This document shows, one piece after another, positions 1-9,200 of a DNA stretch of 30,533 bases (position 1 is its first letter; each line of letters begins with the position of its first letter). Where the stretch lies: IMG/VR virus record IMGVR_UViG_3300020162_000715, positions 1-30,533 of that record; one strand, given 5' to 3'. A program made the position numbers and the translations under genes. The notes beneath the pieces are model-generated. The model did no database searches and was not told where the DNA came from. It was given only the letters and a program-made list of their open reading frames with translations. This DNA comes from a virus. Its lineage: Duplodnaviria; Caudoviricetes.

Positions 1-108
1 TCCGCAGTCGTTGAAAAAGCGTTTGACCTTGGCGGGGAACGTCGCCGCTTGCGCGCGCTCCGCTGCCTTGCGCGCCGCCGCGTCGGCTAGCATGTTTGTC
101 GTGTCCAT
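1..108 (-). CDS. 5' part of a gene running off the window (MDTTNMLADAAARKAAERAQ...); lysis-cassette neighbour, possibly a holin
   Basis: AAGGGG Shine-Dalgarno followed by ATG at 108, just after the o-spanin stop; frame is open to the window edge. Function not determinable from 36 codons. Confidence 0.5.
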   Translation of the reverse strand, partial: MDTTNMLADAAARKAAERAQAATFPAKVKRFFNDCG

Positions 109-121
109 CGTTGCCCCTTGC

Positions 122-475
122 CTATTCGCGCGCGGCGCGCTCGCCCGCGATCCATTCGTCGAGTAGCTTTAGACAAGTCCGATCGTCGGCGATTTTCTCG
201 ACGGACGACAAACCCAAGTCCGCGTAAGTTTGTTTGCAGTATCCCGCGCGCGCCGGGTCGGGCGTGCATGTGAAACGGAAAACTTGCCGCGCCTTAACGC
301 AGAGCGGGGGCTGAACCTTGAAGCTGCGATCCACTATCGGGCGCGCTTCCGGGCATTGCGCCACTATCGGCAGGGGCGGGAGCGGCGTCGGCTCCCAAGG
401 CGCGGTTGAGCAAGCTGAAATAATCGGAAGGGACGCCAGCGTTAAGGCAAGCATCTTTGATTTTGACCAGTTCAC
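122..475 (-). CDS. o-spanin (Rz1-like outer-membrane lipoprotein)
   Basis: GGAGG plus 6 nt before GTG at 475 gives MNWSKSKMLALTLASLPIISA-C, a signal peptide with lipobox ISAC followed by a Pro-rich mature part. It overlaps the 3' end of the i-spanin in another frame. The ORF-track start at 586 is probably too long. Confidence 0.8.
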   Translation of the reverse strand: MNWSKSKMLALTLASLPIISACSTAPWEPTPLPPLPIVAQCPEARPIVDRSFKVQPPLCVKARQVFRFTCTPDPARAGYCKQTYADLGLSSVEKIADDRTCLKLLDEWIAGERAARE

Positions 476-839
476 TTCGAGCCTCCGAAATGTTGATTTG
501 TGTCGTTTGCGCATTCTGCGCCGCGCGCTCCGCTGCCTTCTCGAATTTCTCAATCGCGACTTTTGTCGCCGCGCGATCTTCGACAAGAATGATCCGATTT
601 TCCTCGCGCTGCCTCACGACTTCGTCGTTCACTTTGTCGACCTGTTGCGCGCACTGTTGCTTGTCTCGCATCGTCGACACGGCGACCTTGTGCAAGGCTT
701 CGTAATGCGCCTTCAAGGCTTCCTGCCCGGCTGCGAAACCCTGCGGCCATCCAAGAAACTTCCAGCCGATCGACAGGCCGATCGTGAAAGAGGCGGCGAC
801 CGCCGTCACTGTCGCGACAATTCCAAGCTTCGAAATCAT
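294..839 (-). CDS. i-spanin (Rz-like)
   Basis: ATGA overlap with the endolysin stop (836-839); N-terminal TM segment LGIVATVTAVAASFTIGLSIGW followed by a long coiled-coil-like helix; lies directly after the endolysin. Confidence 0.8.
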   Translation of the reverse strand: MISKLGIVATVTAVAASFTIGLSIGWKFLGWPQGFAAGQEALKAHYEALHKVAVSTMRDKQQCAQQVDKVNDEVVRQREENRIILVEDRAATKVAIEKFEKAAERAAQNAQTTQINISEARSELVKIKDACLNAGVPSDYFSLLNRALGADAAPAPADSGAMPGSAPDSGSQLQGSAPALR

Positions 840-1606
840 GCGTAAACGCTCCTTCGATTTTCGGCTTTCTCCCGAACCTCGCCAGCATAAGCGACCGCGC
901 GAGCCGGTCCATTCTGAACCTTGGCAAACGAAACCCAATCGCCCTTGCGCAACGGCTCGAAGCCGCCATCGGCAATCCATAGGCGAACGATGACGTCGAG
1001 TTGCGCGCGGTGTCCCGTGTAAAGATAGCGCACAACTTCAAACGCGTTTTCGTATGAAGGCCCCGAAAGTTTTTTCCAGTTGAAGCCCATGAATTGAAAC
1101 GCGCCGAAGGAACAACTTTCTAGCGCGCGATCGAAGTCGATCGCGGCCATGCGCGCGATGACGTCCCATCGATCCAGATTTCCCAGCCTGTACGGATGCC
1201 CCTTCGGTACGCGGCTCGGTTGAATAAATTTGTCCTGATGAAGTTCGGGAAACTTTTTGGCGTAGGCGAACGCCGTTCGCTTCGACCATTGATGCAATTC
1301 AGGGACGGCGATCATTCGGCCTTCGTTGTCGAAGCCGGTTCCGTTCGGAACCTCTTGATCGATAACGCCATGAATTTTCCAAGGCTCGACGTCATAGCGT
1401 TCGGCAACGCGGATGAAGTCGGATTTCGTGAGCGGGCGCGGATCGCCCGCGCGAAGGCCGATTAGTTCGGCCATGCGTCGCGCGTTAAAGGCGACGTCTT
1501 GTTTCGCCGCGCGCGCGTTCCCGACCGTCGAGCGGGTTGCGAATTGTGCGCTAGCTGACAGGATGTTTGGCATCGGCATGTCGAAACCTGTAAGGTGTTT
1601 CGCCAT
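836..1606 (-). CDS. endolysin, N-acetylmuramidase (DUF3380-like); true start may be ATG 1474
   Basis: Motifs LTKSDF..AERYDVE..IHGVIDQE..GTGF, ALESCSFGAFQFMGFNW and DWVSFAKVQNGP match the DUF3380 muramidase pattern; sits upstream of the spanins. The N-terminal ~44 codons overlap a promoter-like motif. Confidence 0.85.
   Translation of the reverse strand: MAKHLTGFDMPMPNILSASAQFATRSTVGNARAAKQDVAFNARRMAELIGLRAGDPRPLTKSDFIRVAERYDVEPWKIHGVIDQEVPNGTGFDNEGRMIAVPELHQWSKRTAFAYAKKFPELHQDKFIQPSRVPKGHPYRLGNLDRWDVIARMAAIDFDRALESCSFGAFQFMGFNWKKLSGPSYENAFEVVRYLYTGHRAQLDVIVRLWIADGGFEPLRKGDWVSFAKVQNGPARAVAYAGEVREKAENRRSVYA
1591..1604 (-). promoter_or_regulatory. conserved late-gene motif GGCGAAACACCTTA
   Basis: Identical to the copies at 15530 and 22591; upstream of the endolysin catalytic domain. 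Confidence 0.6.
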
Positions 1607-1644
1607 GCCGATAGAGCGTTTTTTAGTCCACGGATCGCAGGGGT

Positions 1645-1962
1645 TTAGGCCAGAAGGGCGATTGCCTCATCGCGAACGGCAAGGGCTTCGATCGCTTTGC
1701 CATGCCAGCTATTCACGGTGATTTGCTCCGCGCACGACGCCAGCACGTTAAGCCCCTCTTGATCGAGGTGCGGGACGATAGTCCGCAGAACTTCGAAAGC
1801 GCCGACGATCTTGTCGACCGGCGACGGACGAAGCTGCGAAGCGAAAAGCTTTTCGCCAAGCGCCGTCCACTCGGCTTCGGGGATCGAAGACGGGCGCGTC
1901 GGAAGTCCGTAGCTCGCCGCGCCGTTCGCTGTCGGCCAGATTTCGGTGGGATAGCTCGGCAT
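1645..1962 (-). CDS. hypothetical protein, 105 aa
   Basis: Strong SD (GAAAGGGG) and a conserved motif upstream; natural amino-acid composition; no family recognised. Confidence 0.75.
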   Translation of the reverse strand: MPSYPTEIWPTANGAASYGLPTRPSSIPEAEWTALGEKLFASQLRPSPVDKIVGAFEVLRTIVPHLDQEGLNVLASCAEQITVNSWHGKAIEALAVRDEAIALLA

Positions 1963-1998
1963 TGGTAAGTCCCCTTTCGGATTTGGTTTGATGACGCG

Positions 1999-2202
1999 CT
2001 AAAGTGTTTCGCCGATATCGGGAAGCGTTTGGGTTGTATGCTCTTTGGTTCCGTCGCGCCGCAGCGTGCGCCAGCCGTCCTGAAAGCGCGCCTTTCCTTC
2101 GCGAACGATGCCGCCCGCGTCGTCGAGTGACGCGGAATTTTTCGGCGTTCCTGCGCAAGCGGACAGGACGATCGCCGCGAGAATTGCGATTGTCGTTTTC
2201 AT
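1999..2202 (-). CDS. small lipoprotein, Cor-like putative superinfection-exclusion (receptor-blocking) protein
   Basis: MKTTIAILAAIVLSA-C has lipobox LSAC; SD GAAAGGG upstream. Its position after the central fibre and two tip genes matches the cor locus of T1/phi80/N15-type siphoviruses. Confidence 0.65.
   Translation of the reverse strand: MKTTIAILAAIVLSACAGTPKNSASLDDAGGIVREGKARFQDGWRTLRRDGTKEHTTQTLPDIGETL
2000..2013 (-). promoter_or_regulatory. conserved late-gene motif GGCGAAACACTTTA
   Basis: One mismatch to the consensus; about 50 nt upstream of ATG 1962; overlaps the last codons of the lipoprotein gene. Confidence 0.6.
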
Positions 2203-2241
2203 CTTCATTTCCCTTTCATCCATTTTTCGCTCATGCACGTT

Positions 2242-2955
2242 CTAGAAATTCGTCACGTCGACCACTGTAAACCGGGGAGCTTGCGGGATCACTTCGAATT
2301 CGAATTCATCGCCGCTCGGCTGAAATTCATCAACGGCCAGAGGCGCGCTCGCTGGCATGACAAGACCGATCGTCGGATATGGGATAAAGATCGTGTCGCC
2401 CGTAAATTTGTGGCCCGCACAATATGAAATGACTTTGTAAGTCCCTTGCTGCGCTCGAAAGAAATTCCGCGTGCGCCATCCGTTCGCGCCTTGAATGACC
2501 GCGTAAACGCGGCCCGCCGTTAGAGCGATGCCGCTAGTCCCTCCAGTTCCCGCGTCGTCGCTTCGCACGACGCGCATCGCTTTGTTTGACGAGTGAAAGA
2601 CAAGCTGCCCCGTCGAGTTGTATACGGCGAACCCGAAAGTTTCGGCGGGCAATGTCGCCACGTCGAAGACATACCAATCGAAAGAGAAGCTTGCGACGTT
2701 CGACGCAACGGTGAACGTGTAGGTTTGCCCGCTTATGCTTGTGCCCAAAACAGAAACGTAGTTCGCCGATTTCAGCGCGAGCATTGGCGTCGTGCAATTC
2801 GTGACGACGATGTTGACCGTGTAGATCGTCGCGGTTCCGCCGATATCGGTCGACCCCATCGTCGCGCTGCCCTTTTGCTTTAGGACAAAGCTTCGGTATT
2901 CTTCATCGATGACGATGTCGCCGTTGTCGTTCAAAATGCGCAAGCCGGTTGGCAT
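2242..2955 (-). CDS. tail-tip protein, probable receptor-binding protein
   Basis: N-terminal MPTGLRILNDNGDIVID and internal FGFAVYNSTGQLVFHS repeat pattern, typical of the second gene after J-type fibres; beta-rich; coupled to the upstream gene by TGATG. Confidence 0.7.
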   Translation of the reverse strand: MPTGLRILNDNGDIVIDEEYRSFVLKQKGSATMGSTDIGGTATIYTVNIVVTNCTTPMLALKSANYVSVLGTSISGQTYTFTVASNVASFSFDWYVFDVATLPAETFGFAVYNSTGQLVFHSSNKAMRVVRSDDAGTGGTSGIALTAGRVYAVIQGANGWRTRNFFRAQQGTYKVISYCAGHKFTGDTIFIPYPTIGLVMPASAPLAVDEFQPSGDEFEFEVIPQAPRFTVVDVTNF

Positions 2956-3230
2956 CAGTATACCCCGTAAATTATGAAGCCCGCGCGATCGCTATCGGCG
3001 GCCCAACTTAGGGTAGTTCCCGCGACTGTGATTGTCGGGGATTGCGCGAAGTAACCCGTTTCTGTCGTTTGAAAGATCCAGAAGGGCGAGCCGGTTGCTA
3101 GCCCTGCATTGCTGACGCTTCCGGCCACGCCAGCCGCGACCGTGGCGTTTCCCAAAACGCGCCCGGCCCTGACGTTCGTGTCAAGGATCACGTTCCCGTC
3201 GACGTCCATAATTCGAAGGCCCTGCGGCAT
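2955..3230 (-). CDS. small tail-tip adaptor protein, 91 aa
   Basis: MPQGLRIMDVDGNVILD...IIYGVY, typical of the first gene after the central fibre; N-terminus resembles that of the next gene. Confidence 0.7.
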   Translation of the reverse strand: MPQGLRIMDVDGNVILDTNVRAGRVLGNATVAAGVAGSVSNAGLATGSPFWIFQTTETGYFAQSPTITVAGTTLSWAADSDRAGFIIYGVY

Positions 3231-3232
3231 GG

Positions 3233-6200
3233 CTAGGTCCAGATGCCCAACTGAACGCGAAGACGGTTCGCGTCATAGACTTCGATAATGTTGTCTTTGA
3301 TTTCGACGCGCGGCCCGCTTATCGCCGTTCGAAGCGTGCCGATCGTGGCGGTGATCGCCGAAAGACTTGCGACGTTGAAGTCGCCGGTCCCGACCTGACT
3401 TTTCGTCGCAAGCGCGCCCTGCCCCGCGATCGTCGCCGCTTGACCTTGCGAAGTAACGAGCAGCGCGTTTGTGGCGATCGTCGTTCCGTCTGCTAGGCGC
3501 ACGTTCGACGAAAGCTGAACAAACGAAAGCGTTGCGAGCGCGGCTTGCCCGCTGAAAGACGCCGCTTGATTTTCTGGCGTGTAGTCGACGTATCGATCGG
3601 CCTTGCCCGTCACGTATGCGGGCGCGACGGTTTGCATTGATGAAACCTTTGCGACCATCGGGAAACCGAAGAACGCATAAGGATCGGCGACGCCGCCGAC
3701 CGAAACCAGCCGGTGAATGATCTGCATGTAACAGGTAGAAGCGGGAACGGTTATAAAGCTGCCGATCCGCTCGGCGTTTTCTAGGCGACCGTTTGCAAAG
3801 CCGCCCGGCGTATTGTCGCTAGTTGTTCGCCCGACTTCAATGCTGGAAATGATCGCGCCGTTTTCGTCGAACCAGCAAACAATAACAACGCAACGACAAC
3901 GATGCCCCGCCGCATAGCTTCCGGCCCACAAGCGATCGCCGACCCTGACGCGCGGCGAGTATCGACGCAAGTCGGCGAGGTTCGCGTATGTCTTTTGCGT
4001 CAAGCTGTCGGCGACGGTGTTGATCGCCGGGGTTCCCGCGATCGTGACGTAGCTAGTTCTTACGAAGCCGGTCCACCCACTGAGCGCCATGCCCTGAGTT
4101 ACGCCAAGCCCGCTATCGCCTGTCCAGCCTTGCGCCCATCCGTCAATTCCCTCTTGCCAATCGGTGTTGACGAGAAGGTTTTCGCCAAGCGGAATTTGCG
4201 CGTTCGACGCGTTGGCTTCGCTCGCCGTTGCGCCCCACCCCTGCCCCGTGATCGATCCAGCTTGCAGGCCCAGCACGTTGCTAAGGCCCGCGAGCGATCC
4301 AAAGTCCGTCAGCAATCCGCTTGTTCGCGCAACGCTGCTTAGTGTCGCGAATGAGCCCTGCCCGGCGATCGTCGCCGCTTGCCCTAGTGACGTGATCGCC
4401 GCCGCATCCGTCACAACGGTTGCGCCGTCAGCGCGCCGAACGTTGTTGCCGAAGCTTGTGAAGCCCAAAGGCGCGAGCGATCCGAAGCCCGTAAGGAACG
4501 CGCTACCGTATGCGACGCTGCTTTGTGTAGCGAAGTTCCCCTGCCCGACAATGGTCGCGGCTTGGCCTAGTGAAGTAATCGCGAGCGCGTCCGTCACAAT
4601 GGTTGTTCCGTCAGCGCGGCGAACGTTTGTGCCGAAGCTTGTGAAGGCAAGCGACGAAAGACTGCCGAAGCCAGTAAGGAAGGCGCTGCCATTGGCGACG
4701 CTGCTGACGGTCGCGAATGCCCCTTGGCCCGCTATGGTCGCCGCTTGGTTTTCGGCTGTCGCGTTTGCGCGTCGATCGACCTCCCCCGGCGTGTAAGGGG
4801 GAACCGCCGTCTGCCCCGTTTGAATTCGAGATATCAGCGGCGACATAAACCATGCTGTCGGGTTCACCTGCCCGACGATCGGCGACTGTCTGACGTACAT
4901 GATCGCGAAGCGCGCGTTTGCCGGTGCGACCGCGACAAGAGACGAAAGCGCATAGTCGGCGGGGTTGCCGCTGTCGCCGCTAACGCTTTGCGTCACGCCG
5001 TTGCCCGCAACTTCGCTGATGTAAGCGCCGCTATCAGTGACCCACACAACGTTTACAAAAACCGCCGAAGAGGAAGCGTTTTTCGTAACGAGCGCGCTTG
5101 CTGCGACCGTGTCACCAGCCACAACGGGAAGCGCGTAACGTTTCGTGTTTGCGAGTATCCCGCTGCTGTGACCGCCCGTGTATGCCGTATCTGAATAGGT
5201 GGAGCCCGCGCCAACGGTTCCGGTCAACACCGCCTTGATCGCCCGGCGCTGCCCTCCGGTCACTAACGACCCGGCGAACGTGACGCCTGTCGTGTTGCCT
5301 GTGCCGCCGCCGCTCCAGCCAAGCGGGGGATATACGTCCGTCGAAAGAAACTCGCTATTCGGTGCGGCGTTGCTGCCAAACGGGAGTGTCGCGCGGTTTG
5401 TTAGCGCAAGATCGCCCTGCCCGGTGATCGACGCGGCTTGGCCTAGCGACGTGATCGCGAGCGCGTCTGTCACGACAGTTGTTCCATCAGCGCGGCGAAC
5501 GTTTGTGCCAAACGTAGTAAAGCCTAAAGGCGCGAGCGATCCGAAGCCGGTCAGGAATGCGCTGCCATAAGCGACGCTGCTCTGAGTTGCGAAGTTGCCC
5601 TGCCCCGCGATCGTTGCTGCTTGGCCCAGCGATGTAATCGCGAGCGCGTCCGTCACTACCGTTGTGCCGTCTGCTCTGCGGACGTTCGTGCCAAAGGTTG
5701 TAAAGCCCAACGGCGCGAGCGATCCGAAGCCGGTCAAGAATGCGCTTCCGTAGGCCACGCTGTTTTGAGTTGCGAAGTTTCCTTGCCCTGCGATCGTTGC
5801 CGCCTGCCCCAGCGACGTGATCGCGAGCGCGTCTGTCACGACAGTTGTTCCATCAGCGCGGCGAACGTTCGTGCCGAACGTAGTAAAACCTAAAGGCGCA
5901 AGCGATCCGAAGCCTGTCAGGAATGCGCTGCCATAAGCGACGCTGCTCTGAGTTGCGAAATTGCCCTGCCCCGCGATCGTTGCTGCTTGGCCCAGCGATG
6001 TAATCGCTAGTGCATCCGTGACGATCGTCGTCCCGTCAGCGCGGCGAACGTTCGTTCCGAATGTCGTGAACGCGAGAGTTGCTAGCGCCGCCTGCCCTGT
6101 GAAGCTCGCCGCCTGATTTGCGATCGTGACGTCGGCCCCGACTTCGGCTTCGATGCCCGGCCCCCATTCGGAGAATTCCGTTTGCCCGGCTTTCGCCAGC

Positions 6201-9200
6201 GTCTTGAACGGGCGCGACACGCGGATTTGCGGCGCGGCTGTTGAAGCCGTCCCCATGAATTCGACTTGCGCATAAACGGCGTTCGCTGGCGCTGTCGCGA
6301 TAACTCCGACCTTCGTATACGTCGAAACGTCGCCGCCGCCCGCGCCCGGCGATGCAACGGAAGAGCCCGTCGAGACGCTGAGAAATACGCTCGCCGCATC
6401 GCGCCAAGTTATGCGCGCAAAGAACGCTGAACAGTTCGCGCCGCCAATGAGCCCGTGAGCTTCGACACGTTCGCCAGCCTTGACCGGGAAGAGCGTGCGA
6501 CGCGGATAGTCATCGATCGAAATCGTGTTGCCGATCGTAACGCCCGCGCCGGTGACTTGAAGATACTCGACGCCCGCCGCGCTTGTCGCGGTTGTGAAGG
6601 TAGGCGTTCCCGACGCGGCGAGCCCGCGAAAGTTGTTCGCGAAGTCGAGCGCGAAGCGCGTATCGTACATCGCATTTTTGCCGACGCCCGCCGCAAGCAG
6701 GGCGCTCGACACAAGGCTTTGCGTTGCTAGGTCGCCTTGCCCCGCGATCGTTGCCGCCTGCCCAAGCGACGTGATCGCAAGCGCGTCCGTCACGATCGTT
6801 GTTCCGTCCGCGCGGCGAACGTTCGTGCCGAAGGTTGTAAAGCCCAATGGGGCGAGCGAGCCGAAGCCGGTTAGGAACGCGCTGCCGTAAGCGACGCTGC
6901 TTTGCGTGGCGAAGTTTCCTTGCCCGACAATGGTCGCGGCTTGGCCTAGTGAAGTGATCGCGAGCGCGTCCGTCACGATCGTTGTTCCGTCGGCCCGGCG
7001 AACGTTCGTGCCGAACGTCGTGAAGGCGAGCGAGGCTAGCGCGGCCTGCCCGACGAACGACGCGGCCTGCCCTAGTGATGTGATCGCGAGCGCGTCCGTC
7101 ACGATCGTTGTTCCGTCTGCCCGCCTGACGTTCGTCCCGAAGGTTGTGAAGCCAAGCGACGACAATCCGCCGAAGCCCGTCAGGAAGGCGCTGCCGTTCG
7201 CAACAGTGCTGACGGTTGCGAAGTTGCCTTGCCCGACGATCGTCGCGGCTTGGCCTAGAGCCGTTTTGAATGCGGCCAGAGTTGCGAGAACGCCCCCGCT
7301 CGTTTCTCGCACGTCGATACCGAAGGTTCCGCCGACCGTCGCGTTGTCTGCAGGCTTTCCCGCGCCAGTGACGCCCGACCACGGGACCGAAGACGCCGCG
7401 CCGGTTGCGAAAGCGCCGCTACTGAAAACGATCGCGGCGATGCACCATTCGGATTGCAGGGTGTCCGAAAGAAACTTCGCAGACACGCCGTATTCCTCGC
7501 CATCGGCGACGCCTTCCGAAACGACGATGAAGTTCGCATCACTTGGGAGCGCGATCGTCTTCGCTGTCTTCGGCGTCGTGCCGTCAGTGTTTTCGACTTC
7601 GACATAAAGGAAGCGAACGCGCGGATCGGTCGGCGCTGTCCACGCGATGCGAAGCGCGGGAACGGATGAAAGCGTTCCGGTCAAAGAAATCGCGGTGACG
7701 GTAATCGCGGGAACCTGAACAGCGGACAGGGTTGCGGTCCCGCTAATCGGCACGGGCGGCGGATCGGCTGCGAGGCTTTGGCTCCATGCGCTGTCTGACG
7801 GGTCGACTTCCTGCGCGTTGATCGTGACCGTGAAAGTCACGGGATCGAAAACGCGCTCCATCACTTCGAAGGTCTTGCCCGTGACGCCGAAGCGCGAGCC
7901 CGCCTCGCCCGTCCTGACGAACCAATCGCCGCGCTCTAGTTCGATCGTGTGATAAGGATAAATACCCGTCAGCGTTCCCTGCCGCCGCTCATACCTCGCC
8001 TTGAGTGTCGCGAGCCTTTCGGCCCGCTCGCTGTTCGTCTCGAAGTCCAGATCGAAAGTGAATTCGCGAGGCTCGGCCCCGTCTTGCGTATTCCATACCG
8101 GGTCGGAAACTTCGGCGTAAGGGATGGGCTGATAGACTTGAGCCGGTTCCTGATATTTGCCCCGCACGACGCCGACAAGATTTCCGAAGGTTCGCTTCGG
8201 CGTGTAGGTTTCCGATGCCATGTCGGGAAGATCGTCGTCGTGCAATTCCATGACTGGCGTGCGCGCCTCGATGCCGATCACGCCAACGCGTCCGCCGAAG
8301 TCAGCCGGTTGCGCGCACATCGCCGTGCAATGGCGCTTGATGACGTCGTCCCAAGCTTCGTTCGCCGTGATGATGCCGTTAGCCCGGTATCGCTTTTGCG
8401 TCCCGCCCGCTTTCAGCGCGACGTTCTCATCGCAGACATTGGCTTGCGCTAGGAATTTATCATACGGAACAAACTTCGACGGCATGCCGATACCGAAGAC
8501 GCGCTGCCCGTTCCAGAAGCGGCCTAGCTGGAAATGATCTAGCGCGACCATCGGGTTCACGCCCTCGGCGTCGCCAAGCTCCCAAGTCGTCGGATCGTTC
8601 AGGCGATGCAATCCGCTCCCGCCCGCCGTGCTGTCTTTTCGCCGATCGTAAAACTTCGCGCCCTCATGCTCGAAAACGAATTGCGGCGGCGACCGAAGAT
8701 TGTCGCTGTCCCATTGCAATTCGACGACGACATAAGCGCATCCCGTCATCTTGTTCGCAGACGTCCAATCGCCCGCCGAATAGGTCACTAGCGAAGGGTC
8801 CGCAGTCTGCCCGACGCGCCCATCGTAATAGGTCAGCCAAACGCGATCGCCGCCCGAACGGAAATCAGGGATCGCAGTTCGCACGCCATGAACAAGCGGC
8901 GTCGACCAGACAACGCGACCGCCCGCCCAAACCTTCGTAATCGTTCCGCACGGCCCTTCGCTTAGGTAGACCGGGAGGTAAAGTTTCGTGTTATTTGTTG
9001 AACCTAGATACCAATCGACAAGCGTCCCGCCGACCGCGCGCTTTCCGATAATAAGGCGACGCGGCGGCGCGGGGTTTAGCTCAAGATTGATTAGCCCGCC
9101 CTGATCTTTGACCTTCGAGTTGTTTTTGACGACGGCATCGATGCCCTGCAAGACCGTTGCGAGCGTCATCATTTGCGCGAGTTGGTTCACCCATGCGATG

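Noticed and set aside
840-980. N-terminal extension of the i-spanin in the ORF track (228 aa)
   Set aside because: It overlaps the endolysin; ATG 839 gives an ATGA coupling and places the TM segment at the N-terminus.
4260-7330. Direct repeats considered as a CRISPR array or a DGR template/variable pair
   Set aside because: The units are in-frame multiples of 3 with mostly synonymous differences. There are no unique spacers, no adenine-specific mismatch pattern, and no cas or reverse transcriptase gene in the window.
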